In this document: positions 1 through 8,438 of the stretch, piece by piece
Numbering within the stretch: position 1 is the stretch's first letter
Layout of the letters: the number at the start of each line of letters is the position of its first letter
From: an uncultured Limnohabitans sp.
GTDB lineage: Bacteria > Bacteroidota > Bacteroidia > Cytophagales > Cyclobacteriaceae
Direction: 5' to 3'
Assembly (NCBI GenBank): GCA_964562785.1
Contig: CAZLUY010000691.1
Span: 1 to 36,746 of the forward strand
Length of the DNA: 36,746 nt
Made by a program: the position numbers and the translations under genes
The notes under the pieces: generated by a model
Seen by the model: only the letters and a program-made list of their open reading frames with translations
What the model was told of the DNA's origin: nothing
The model's database searches: none

Positions 1-717
1 GCTCCAACTATAACTCCTAAACTACGAGTTCAACCTCCTGGTAGACCATGGGTTCAATTGAATGGAGAAGGCTGGAGACCCCTAGTACAATGGGATTTGG
101 ACCTGATGGCAGGACAGTTTGGTCCTAGAGTCGTTCCGGGAAAATATGAAGCCACACTTATCCTCAGCGATAAGGATGGAAATGAAACAGATCGAACCTC
201 AACTAATTTCAAGGTTCTCAAGGACCCAATGGCCGAAGGAAGTATAGATGATATCCGAGCACAGGTAAGCTTCTCACTTCAGCTTAGAGACGCCATGAAC
301 CTGGCTGTAAGTAATATCAATACCGTGGAAGTTCTCCGCTCGGAGTTGGAAGCGATTATCGCAGAAGGAGCAAATAATGCAACTACAGAGGAAGCAGTAA
401 GGCTAAAAGCGGCCGCTGAGGAAATCGCCAATAAGCTATATGATATCCAGCTTACCGGAGCGCGTGAAGATGCTTTCCGCTCCCCTATCAAGCTCTATGG
501 AAGATTAAGCGCGTTAGCTTCCGATATCAATTCCAGTGGTATAGATTTCCGCCCAACCAATCAGCAGGGCGAAGTGTATGAGGTGCTTGATGCAAGACTT
601 CAGGCGGCTATCCAACAATTCGATGAGCTAGTTAATCAGGATATAGAAGAATTCAATAAAGCCCTTCAACAGCAGAATCGAAAGATTGATTTAGAGGGAA
701 CTGGGGGTAGAGAATAG
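1..717 (+). CDS. C-terminal part of a VPS10/sortilin-BNR repeat glycosyl hydrolase-like protein (5' end outside window)
   Basis: Frame is open from position 1. GPRVVPGKYEATL...FKVLKDP followed by a helical tail resembles the C-terminus of 31469..34546 (GPYVIPGLYTAKL...FRVSDDP). Confidence 0.75.
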   Translation, partial: APTITPKLRVQPPGRPWVQLNGEGWRPLVQWDLDLMAGQFGPRVVPGKYEATLILSDKDGNETDRTSTNFKVLKDPMAEGSIDDIRAQVSFSLQLRDAMNLAVSNINTVEVLRSELEAIIAEGANNATTEEAVRLKAAAEEIANKLYDIQLTGAREDAFRSPIKLYGRLSALASDINSSGIDFRPTNQQGEVYEVLDARLQAAIQQFDELVNQDIEEFNKALQQQNRKIDLEGTGGRE

Positions 718-818
718 AATAAGCTTTAGCTGGCTAACGCTAACTTTTTCAAAACTATATGAAAAATAACGCTCACTCAATGAGCGATATACAACGTTGG
801 GAACAAGGAATAAAAGCA

Positions 819-2009
819 ATGAATAACAAGCATATCACTATAATCAGCTTCATACTTTTTCTTTCGGTATCGTGCAATCAACAAAATATAGAGAGCCAAT
901 TTCCTGTATCCTCTTGGGCGAAGTCAACCATGGTAGCTGAAGGCTTGAATAGAGAACCATTGGATGATTTACAAATTGGAATTGAAATTGGAGTTTATGG
1001 TTATGTTGACCAGCTACTTTTAATAAAAAATGGAAAGCTGGTATTTAACCAATCTTATACCAACGACTACGAAAAAATCAGTATGGGGAAGTCCGGCATC
1101 CTTGGATGTGGATTTGCAACTTGTGAAGATTCTACACTATTCGGAGACTACAATTACTACCATCCCGATTGGCATCCCTATTATAAAAGGCAACAAGTTC
1201 ATACGCTCCAATCTGTCACCAAATCAATCGCTTCTATCATGATTGGTGTGGCAATTAAAGAAGGTGATATAAAGGATACGGACGTCAGAATATTAGATTT
1301 TTTTGACGAATATGATTTAACTATTGCTGAAGAATATCTGAAAACCGCAACTTTAGAAAATTTGTTGACGATGCAATTAGGTATGGAATGGCATGAATTA
1401 GACCGGCCTGCAGATATGACAAATACCACGTCACAACTTGAGGATAGCGAAGATTGGATTCAGTTTACTTTGAATCAGCCAAAGGATACCATTCCCGGTA
1501 CTAAATGGGTATATAATAGTGGGGCGAGTCAACTAATGTCAGGAATAATAAAAAAAGCAACCGGTTCATCCATTGAGGATTATGCGAAGAAACATCTGTT
1601 TACACCTCTTGGAATTGAGAACTTTTATTGGAAAAAAACGCCGACTGGATATACAGACACAGAGGGTGGGTTATTTTTAGAGGCAAAAGATTTAGCAAAA
1701 ATCAGCTACCTAATGCTAAATGATGGTATGTGGGATGGACAGCAAATAATTTCCTCTGATTGGGCCAAAAGAAGTATTTCGAAACAGGTTGAATTTGATA
1801 AGGAAAAGGGCTACGGCTATCAATGGTGGCGAGAAGATCAAGATCAAGTCGAAATCTGGGCTTGTAAGGGTTTTGGGGGCCAATTTCTTTTGGTCTTTCC
1901 TAAATTCAAGACGATAGCAGTGGTGAATAGCTGGAATATTTTTGATGAAAAAACAGAGAATATTTTGGAAGCAACTAAAGCTGCTGTGATTGATTCAAAC
2001 TTAAGATAA
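819..2009 (+). CDS. Serine hydrolase, class C beta-lactamase-like family, lipoprotein
   Basis: SVTK (SxxK), YNS and GYGYQWW/GFGGQ motifs. ATG at 819 gives a lipoprotein signal (LSVSC) and is preferred over 759. Confidence 0.85.
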   Translation: MNNKHITIISFILFLSVSCNQQNIESQFPVSSWAKSTMVAEGLNREPLDDLQIGIEIGVYGYVDQLLLIKNGKLVFNQSYTNDYEKISMGKSGILGCGFATCEDSTLFGDYNYYHPDWHPYYKRQQVHTLQSVTKSIASIMIGVAIKEGDIKDTDVRILDFFDEYDLTIAEEYLKTATLENLLTMQLGMEWHELDRPADMTNTTSQLEDSEDWIQFTLNQPKDTIPGTKWVYNSGASQLMSGIIKKATGSSIEDYAKKHLFTPLGIENFYWKKTPTGYTDTEGGLFLEAKDLAKISYLMLNDGMWDGQQIISSDWAKRSISKQVEFDKEKGYGYQWWREDQDQVEIWACKGFGGQFLLVFPKFKTIAVVNSWNIFDEKTENILEATKAAVIDSNLR

Positions 2010-2066
2010 AGGATATGAAGTCATAGTCATTTTGGATGAACCTATTTTTATAGACTCCTGATTCCA

Positions 2067-2096
2067 AATTGCCTGTGGTTTAAACCCCGGGCTATT
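2067..2096. repeat. Palindromic REP-like repeat, copy R1
   Basis: AATTGCCTGTGGTTTAAACCCCGGGCTATT; consensus AATAGCCCGGGGTTTAAACCCCGGGCTATT. Confidence 0.85.
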
Positions 2097-2138
2097 AAAT
2101 GGACTCCAACCTCTGAATGATATGTAAAACGCCCAAAA

Positions 2139-2501
2139 ATGGAATTAAGAGATCTAGTAAAAGCCTGGTTTGAGAAATGGGAAGATGGAGACTTTTTAAA
2201 CCTACCTATTTCAGAAAATTTCAAACATAGCAGTCCCTTTGGCACCATCTATGGCAAAAAACCTTATCTCAATTTGGTAGAGGAGAATAAGGACAAATTC
2301 CTTGGTCAGACCTTTGAGATACATGATGCTATCTATGAAAAAGACAAAGCTTGCGTTCGCTATACCGCAAAGCAGGGCGAAGATTTTTCTTTGGACGTAA
2401 GTGAATGGTACTATGCAAAGTACAATCTAATCGAGGAGATTGTTGCCTATTATCATATCGGGGGAATTCGCGAGGAACGAAAAATTGATAACTACAAATA
2501 G
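2139..2501 (+). CDS. SnoaL-like / NTF2 family protein
   Basis: 120 aa with the NTF2-like pattern (LVKAWFEKWEDGD...F.H.SP.G.I.G...). Confidence 0.7.
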   Translation: MELRDLVKAWFEKWEDGDFLNLPISENFKHSSPFGTIYGKKPYLNLVEENKDKFLGQTFEIHDAIYEKDKACVRYTAKQGEDFSLDVSEWYYAKYNLIEEIVAYYHIGGIREERKIDNYK

Positions 2502-2525
2502 CTAGGGGTTAAACCCAGGACTATT
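2497..2525. repeat. Palindromic REP-like repeat, copy R2 (overlaps the stop codon of the upstream gene)
   Basis: AATAGCTAGGGGTTAAACCCAGGACTATT. Confidence 0.8.
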
Positions 2526-2573
2526 CAATGAAATTCAAGTTCCTAATGAATGTGAGTTTTAATCTGCATATAC

Positions 2574-2636
2574 GAAATGCCTATATTCAACAAAATCCTT
2601 CAACAGCAAAAAAGAATAATTGATTTAGAAGTCTAG
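2574..2636 (+). pseudogene. Diverged duplicate of the 3' end of the 1..717 gene
   Basis: Translates EMPIFNKILQQQKRIIDLEV* versus DIEEFNKALQQQNRKIDLEG; 36/45 nt identical between 2586-2630 and 652-696. Confidence 0.75.
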
Positions 2637-2673
2637 AAAGCCTTATGGAACTTTTTAAGCAATAAATTTTAGC

Positions 2674-3678
2674 ATGAATCTGTTCCCTACTCAATACTCA
2701 ACCTTATCTGCTAGCGCACTTAATGAAAGAATCCAAGAGGCCTACAAAATCGAAAACACTACAACTAGACTTTTACTTCGTGGAGTGAGTGATACGTACC
2801 TTGTGACTGACGGAAGCCCAAAATATATCTTTAAGGTTTATAGAGTTCGTCATAGGTCATTTGATGAAATACAGGGGGAGGTTGAACTTCTAAATATTTT
2901 AAAGACAAACAATGCCAAGATATCCTTCCCTATATCTGATGCAGAAGGTAATTATATTCAAAAATTCAATGCTGGAGAAGGCACTCGATACGGAGTACTA
3001 TTCTCATATGCAGAAGGAAAGGCATCTAATAATCTTACGGAGAATCAAATAAGAATAGTTGGGCATGAAATGGCATATAACCATAACATCACCTCAACTA
3101 TTGAATTAAATCACACTAGACCTGAGTACAACACTTTTTCTACAATCCATAAGCCTTTAGAGATTCTCAAATCAGCCTTCACTGAATTCAATTTTGAAAG
3201 TGGATATCAGTACCTACAATTGATTTCTGAAAAAACCATCAAGAAATTCAAATCATTAGATTCTAATTCTTTCAGTTATGGATATTGCCACTATGACTAT
3301 CTACCTAAGAACTTTCATTTTACTGAAAAGGATGAGTTTACACTTTTTGATTTTGATTTCGCAGGTAAAGGATATCTAGTGAATGACTTGATGAGCTTTC
3401 AAGTACATTATTTTTTTCAAATACTCTATGGCGGAATGTCCAAAGAGGACTCAGACAATTGTATGGAGATTTTCATTAATGCTTATCAGGAAAGAAGAGA
3501 TCTTTCAAGCGAAGAGTTGGAGGCAATCCCATATCTAGGTGTAATGTTTTGGATTTATTATTTAGCTATCCAATACAATGGGTATGATGATTTTTCAAAT
3601 AACTATTTCAATCTGACCTATCTGAAAAAATGGGTGAATTGGATAGAAGAATGGGAAAGGTTGTATTGCAAATTTTGA
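2674..3678 (+). CDS. Phosphotransferase (APH / type II homoserine kinase-like)
   Basis: FKVYR lysine, HYDYLPKN Brenner motif, FDFDF metal-binding motif. Confidence 0.85.
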   Translation: MNLFPTQYSTLSASALNERIQEAYKIENTTTRLLLRGVSDTYLVTDGSPKYIFKVYRVRHRSFDEIQGEVELLNILKTNNAKISFPISDAEGNYIQKFNAGEGTRYGVLFSYAEGKASNNLTENQIRIVGHEMAYNHNITSTIELNHTRPEYNTFSTIHKPLEILKSAFTEFNFESGYQYLQLISEKTIKKFKSLDSNSFSYGYCHYDYLPKNFHFTEKDEFTLFDFDFAGKGYLVNDLMSFQVHYFFQILYGGMSKEDSDNCMEIFINAYQERRDLSSEELEAIPYLGVMFWIYYLAIQYNGYDDFSNNYFNLTYLKKWVNWIEEWERLYCKF

Positions 3679-3933
3679 AAACCCTGGTAATAAGAGGAAA
3701 ATCCATGGGCTAATTAGCTGTTTATAAAGTAATTAAACTTGTTACCTGTTTAGGATTAAGTAATCCCCAAGCCTAGACGTTTTGACCTAGCCTTATCCCA
3801 ACTAACCTTTCCACTTCATTTATTCGAAGTCTAATCCATCGGCTGCGTAGGCACGTATTCGACGTTCAATCGTGAACTTCCTAATATTAAAAAATTCACT
3901 TTGGATCACTCCGTTTTAAGAATTCGAATCTCA

Positions 3934-3963
3934 AATAGCCTTGGGTTTAAACCCCGGGTTATT
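3934..3963. repeat. Palindromic REP-like repeat, copy R3
   Basis: AATAGCCTTGGGTTTAAACCCCGGGTTATT. Confidence 0.85.
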
Positions 3964-4062
3964 AGTTAGATGTCACGTTCTGAATAGATATGGATTTTAA
4001 CTCGCATCAATGATATCTCCACAATCTAAAAACTAGAGCCAAAGTGATAATCACCCCGAATT

Positions 4063-4119
4063 TCATTTAGCCTTACCGGGAAATCATTTAGTCATTTCAT
4101 TCTAGTCCAAAGACCTTTG
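4063..4119 (+). promoter_or_regulatory. Putative AraC-dependent promoter
   Basis: Direct repeat TCATTTAG at 4063 and 4084 (21 bp apart), then GACCTTTG (-7-like) at 4112; AraC gene lies in the same cluster. Confidence 0.5.
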
Positions 4120-4142
4120 AAGTAGACAAAACATGACTGAGA

Positions 4143-5012
4143 ATGATTAAGAAATTATTGGGCATAGCTCCTACAAAAGAAACAAACGGCAAAGGCTATA
4201 TTCCCTCACCCATGGGAAGAATGCTAGGGGTGGATAAAATGAGTGGCTACAAGGCTACGGACTTTGGAGGTAAAAAATATACCGGGGATAAGAAAGTAAT
4301 GGTACTCTGTACGGAGGAACGTTACTTTAAAATGACCAATGGCAAGCTCTTCTCTACAGGTAATAATGTACAAGAAACCATGGTGCCCTTGATGCATTTA
4401 GTGAATGCTGGTTTTGAATTTGATGTAGTCACTTCCACAGGAAGACCCGCTATTCTTGAAGACTGGTCAATCCCACAAAAAGATGAGGCTGTATTAAGTT
4501 TCAAAAGGAAACACAAACAACAATTTGAAAATCCTAAATCGTTAAAACAGCTGGTGGAGAACAATGAGCTCAACGACAACTCAAACTATATTGCCGTTTT
4601 TCTTCCAGGTGGGCATGGCTCAATGGTGGGTCTTCCAGACGATGAAAACGTTGGGGAGCTATTGCGTTGGGTTGAGGCTTCTGATAGGTACTTAGTTGCC
4701 GTTTGTCATGGTCCAGCTGCAATGTTGGCAACTAAAGTAAATAGCAATAAACCACATCCATACAAGGGATATAAAATTGTTGCCTTTCCAGATTCAGGAG
4801 ATAAACAATCTCCGTCTATCGGTTACTTGCCAGGGCAACTTCCTTGGCTACAGTGCGAAGAACTTGAGAAAGAAGGCATTCAGGTAATTAATAAGAAAAT
4901 TACAGGAGCTACGCATGTAGATAGAAAACTCATTTCAGGCGACAGCCCAAAGGCCTGCGATGAAATGGGAAAAATAACTGTCAATGCCTTATTCCAAGAA
5001 TTAATAGACTAA
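4143..5012 (+). CDS. hchA: DJ-1/PfpI family glyoxalase III (Hsp31/HchA-like)
   Basis: NGKLFSTGN..ET, PGGHG, AVCHGPAA and ISGDSP motifs. Confidence 0.8.
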   Translation: MIKKLLGIAPTKETNGKGYIPSPMGRMLGVDKMSGYKATDFGGKKYTGDKKVMVLCTEERYFKMTNGKLFSTGNNVQETMVPLMHLVNAGFEFDVVTSTGRPAILEDWSIPQKDEAVLSFKRKHKQQFENPKSLKQLVENNELNDNSNYIAVFLPGGHGSMVGLPDDENVGELLRWVEASDRYLVAVCHGPAAMLATKVNSNKPHPYKGYKIVAFPDSGDKQSPSIGYLPGQLPWLQCEELEKEGIQVINKKITGATHVDRKLISGDSPKACDEMGKITVNALFQELID

Positions 5013-5024
5013 AAACAAAACAAG

Positions 5025-5846
5025 ATGAATAAAACGATTTTAATCACAGGAGCGAGCTCAGGAATTGGTAAGTCTACCGCAAAGCATTTCCATAGCAATG
5101 GTTGGAACGTGATTGCAACGATGCGCTCTCCTGAAAAAGAAAGTGAGCTCAATTCTTTAGAAAACACTTTGGTTACCAAACTTGATGTTTTAGAAATAGA
5201 AAGTATAAAAAGCGCTATTCAAGAGGGTATAGACAAATTCGGCAAAATCGATGTGGTTCTCAATAACGCTGGTTACGGATTAATGGGAACATTTGAATCG
5301 GCAAAACGCGAAAGTATACTCCGCCAATTTGCGGTAAATGTACAAGGCGTATTCGATGTTACGCAATTGGCTTTACCTCACTTTAGAGAAAATAAAGATG
5401 GCATGTTTATCAATATTTCATCGGTAGGCGGCAGAATGACCTTTCCTTTAATGCCACTTTACCATTCAACCAAATGGGCAGTAGAAGGATTTACTGAATC
5501 ACTAAGGTGGGAACTAGCTCAAATCGGTGTGAAAGTAAAATTGATAGAACCAGGCGGGGTCGCAACTGATTTCGGTGGTCGATCATTAGATATGCAGCAT
5601 AATTCTGAACTCACGGAGTACAATGACTTTGTTGGCGGGTTTATGGAGGCCATGAAGAGTTCAATGGATCCCGAAAAAATGAGCAAGCCAGAACAAATTG
5701 CAGAAATAATTTATGAAGCCGCTACTGATGGTAAAGACACCTTGCGCTATAGAGCAGGTGCAGATGCCTTATATTTATTGGATGCACGCTCAAAAATGAC
5801 TGATGACGAGTATTTTGCAATGCAGAAAAAGCAGTTCGGAGTTTAG
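5025..5846 (+). CDS. Short-chain dehydrogenase/reductase
   Basis: TGASSGIG, NNAGYG and YHSTK motifs. Confidence 0.95.
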   Translation: MNKTILITGASSGIGKSTAKHFHSNGWNVIATMRSPEKESELNSLENTLVTKLDVLEIESIKSAIQEGIDKFGKIDVVLNNAGYGLMGTFESAKRESILRQFAVNVQGVFDVTQLALPHFRENKDGMFINISSVGGRMTFPLMPLYHSTKWAVEGFTESLRWELAQIGVKVKLIEPGGVATDFGGRSLDMQHNSELTEYNDFVGGFMEAMKSSMDPEKMSKPEQIAEIIYEAATDGKDTLRYRAGADALYLLDARSKMTDDEYFAMQKKQFGV

Positions 5847-5866
5847 AAATTTGATTCTGATTAGAT

Positions 5867-6784
5867 ATGGAGAGAGAACTTTTTAATATTGACACAATCA
5901 GCAAGGCCCATGATGTGATGGGTCTTCCTAAACCCAAACATCCGTTGGTTTCTGTTGTGAAAACAAAAGACGTAAGGCCCACTGTTGATTTTCGTGGCTT
6001 AAAGGTTGTTGATTATCTGTATCAAATCACTTTAAAAGATATGGGTTGCGGTAATCTTTATTACGGCAAGAATTCCTATGACTATGAAGAAGGCACTTTG
6101 GTATTCACTTCTCCAGGTCAAGTAACCATGTTTGAAGGTGAAATGCCTGCAGAAGAAGACAATACAAAAGGCTGGATTCTGGCTTTTCACCCTGACTTGA
6201 TACGCAAATCAAGTTTGGGTGATAAGATTGGCAACTACTCCTTTTTCAACTACGATGTTAACGAAGCACTTCATCTTTCGGAAGAGGAATTAAATACAAT
6301 CGAAGATCTTCTGAACAAGATCGTGAAGGAATACAGCCAAAATCTGGATAAGCACAGTCAAAATCTAATTATTTCAAATATTGAGCTCCTACTTGATTAT
6401 TGTACCCGGTTCTATGATCGTCAGTTTTATACAAGATCAAATTTAAATTCTGATACAGTCTCGAAGTTTGAGCGACTATTAAAGAAGTACTATGAGGCTG
6501 AAGAAGCTTTAAATTCTGGCTTGCCAACAGTTCAATATTTTGCCAATCATTTAAACTTCACTTCAAGTTATTTAAGCGATTTATTAAAAAAGGAAACTGG
6601 AAAAACGGCTCAAGAGCATATTCACCTTTATGTGATTGATCGGGCTAAAAACATACTATTGAACTCTGGTAATTCAATCAGCGAAATCGGCTATTCTCTT
6701 GGATTTGAATACCCTCAACATTTTAGTAATCTATTCAGGACAAAAACTGGAATGAGTCCGTCTGAATTCAGAAATCTGAATTAA
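5867..6784 (+). CDS. AraC family transcriptional regulator
   Basis: C-terminal double HTH (ISEIGYSLGFEYPQHFSNLFRTKTGMSPSEFR). Confidence 0.95.
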   Translation: MERELFNIDTISKAHDVMGLPKPKHPLVSVVKTKDVRPTVDFRGLKVVDYLYQITLKDMGCGNLYYGKNSYDYEEGTLVFTSPGQVTMFEGEMPAEEDNTKGWILAFHPDLIRKSSLGDKIGNYSFFNYDVNEALHLSEEELNTIEDLLNKIVKEYSQNLDKHSQNLIISNIELLLDYCTRFYDRQFYTRSNLNSDTVSKFERLLKKYYEAEEALNSGLPTVQYFANHLNFTSSYLSDLLKKETGKTAQEHIHLYVIDRAKNILLNSGNSISEIGYSLGFEYPQHFSNLFRTKTGMSPSEFRNLN

Positions 6785-6882
6785 CACTTTTGTTTCTAGC
6801 CGAGCCTAAAAGCAATGGCAGTTTAGAGGATGACATCTTTTAGTTTTTTGACAAAATTGGATGTTTTAACCATTTTGGAATA

Positions 6883-7581
6883 GTGAAAATTAAAGTCCTA
6901 TTTTTCATCGCCTTGACTGCTCATCTATTAAGCTGTAACGAAAGAATGGAGGAATTCCCTGAGAAAATTGATCACTTGGTTTATACCTCTCCAAGCCTCG
7001 AAGAAGGGATCAGGGAGATAGAAGCTATTCTAGGGATGAAACCTGTTTTCGGGGGTCGACACCCTAATTACGGAACTCATAATGCACTACTTGCTCTTGG
7101 CGAAACAACATATTTAGAGGTGATCGCTCCGGACCCTGAAACTCCGGCTCCAGATAGAGGTAGGCTATTGGAGAAAGCTTACAATGGAAAGTCAAGATTA
7201 ACCACCTGGGTATTACGAGAAGATCAAATTGAGAATATGCAGTCTAATGCAGTTCAAAATGGGGTGCCGCTGGGAAAGGTAGAATCTGGTAAAAGGGAAA
7301 AACCTGACGGAACGGTATTAGCCTGGAAACTAACAGACCCCTACGCATTCCCTATGGATGGAGCAATTCCTTTTTTAATCAGCTGGGGTAAAACTCCCCA
7401 CCCTGCGAAATCACTACCTAAAGCCGGTGAACTAATTGGGCTGGAAATCGAGCATCCGCATCCAGAAAAAGTGAGAGAAAGCCTGAAACTTATCGGCGTT
7501 AATATTAAAATCATTGAGGCTCCGACAACCAAAATCAAAGCAAAAATTAAAACGGATAAGGGGATCGTCACCTTACAATAA
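6883..7581 (+). CDS. VOC / Glyoxalase_3 family lipoprotein
   Basis: IDHLV...GGRHPNYGTHNALL...YLEVIAPDP and PFLISW motifs; GTG start; LLSC lipobox. Confidence 0.85.
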   Translation: MKIKVLFFIALTAHLLSCNERMEEFPEKIDHLVYTSPSLEEGIREIEAILGMKPVFGGRHPNYGTHNALLALGETTYLEVIAPDPETPAPDRGRLLEKAYNGKSRLTTWVLREDQIENMQSNAVQNGVPLGKVESGKREKPDGTVLAWKLTDPYAFPMDGAIPFLISWGKTPHPAKSLPKAGELIGLEIEHPHPEKVRESLKLIGVNIKIIEAPTTKIKAKIKTDKGIVTLQ

Positions 7582-7599
7582 ACTTGCTTAAGAATCACA

Positions 7600-7629
7600 C
7601 ATAGCCCAAGGTTTGAACCCCGGGCTGTA
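7600..7629. repeat. Palindromic REP-like repeat, copy R4
   Basis: CATAGCCCAAGGTTTGAACCCCGGGCTGTA, followed by a second hairpin GGGTTTTAACCC. Confidence 0.85.
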
Positions 7630-7696
7630 AGATGGGCGCCAATCTCAGAATAGAGGTGGGTTTTAACCCAAGTCTATTAAATGACTATATTCATCC

Positions 7697-8422
7697 ATGC
7701 TCACTTTTCTCCGCAAGATCAGAAAGTCACTTATGCAGAAGAATAAATTTACCACCTATCTCATTTATGCTTTGGGTGAGATTGTGTTGGTGGTAATCGG
7801 GATTTTGATTGCTATTCAAATCAACAATGCCTATCAAAACAGTAAGGACAAAAAAGAAGAAGAGCGGCTGATAGCGCAGCTTCAGGATGAATTTTTAAAA
7901 AACAGGGAGCAACTCATTTTCATCAATGAAAAGAATAAAAAGGTTCTTGATGCGCTGTATCGTGTACTTGATCGAATCCCTATCAATGTAAAAACGGTCG
8001 ATCTGGACAGCCTAGCCAGCGACCTTAATGAAACGGCTGATTTCAACACTTACGACCCATCAGAGGCAACAATCGGAGAATTACAAAACAACTCTTTCGA
8101 CATCATTTCGGATAGCAGGTTACGGTTTCTATTGCTATCCTGGGAAGCAGTCAAGAAGGATTTGAAGGATGATGAGCTATATAGCATCGAGTATGCAAAG
8201 GACTACAACCAGTATATGCAGAAGCATATTAGTATTGATTTTGGTTTGAGAAAGCCAAATATGGATTTGTCCTTCCTGAATTCTACAGAGTTTGAAAACT
8301 GGGTCAGAGTAAGGCAAATCTACTCCAATGATCTTGTCGATTCTGAGGATTATCAAGACTTACTTACTCTGATTGACGAAATAATTGAACTAACAAGTAC
8401 TGGAACAGAAGAATTACTCTAG
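7697..8422 (+). CDS. DUF6090 family membrane-anchored protein
   Basis: N-terminus FLRKIRKSL...YLIYALGEIVLVVIGILIAIQINN followed by a helical region. Confidence 0.8.
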   Translation: MLTFLRKIRKSLMQKNKFTTYLIYALGEIVLVVIGILIAIQINNAYQNSKDKKEEERLIAQLQDEFLKNREQLIFINEKNKKVLDALYRVLDRIPINVKTVDLDSLASDLNETADFNTYDPSEATIGELQNNSFDIISDSRLRFLLLSWEAVKKDLKDDELYSIEYAKDYNQYMQKHISIDFGLRKPNMDLSFLNSTEFENWVRVRQIYSNDLVDSEDYQDLLTLIDEIIELTSTGTEELL

Positions 8423-8438
8423 CACAAACCCCCATAAA

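Noticed and set aside
759-818. ORF-track start at 759
   Set aside because: ATG at 819 yields a proper lipoprotein signal; the upstream segment contains a hairpin and looks non-coding.
819-3678. Antibiotic resistance island (beta-lactamase-like and APH-like genes)
   Set aside because: Motifs define broad serine hydrolase and kinase superfamilies only; nothing indicates antibiotic substrates.
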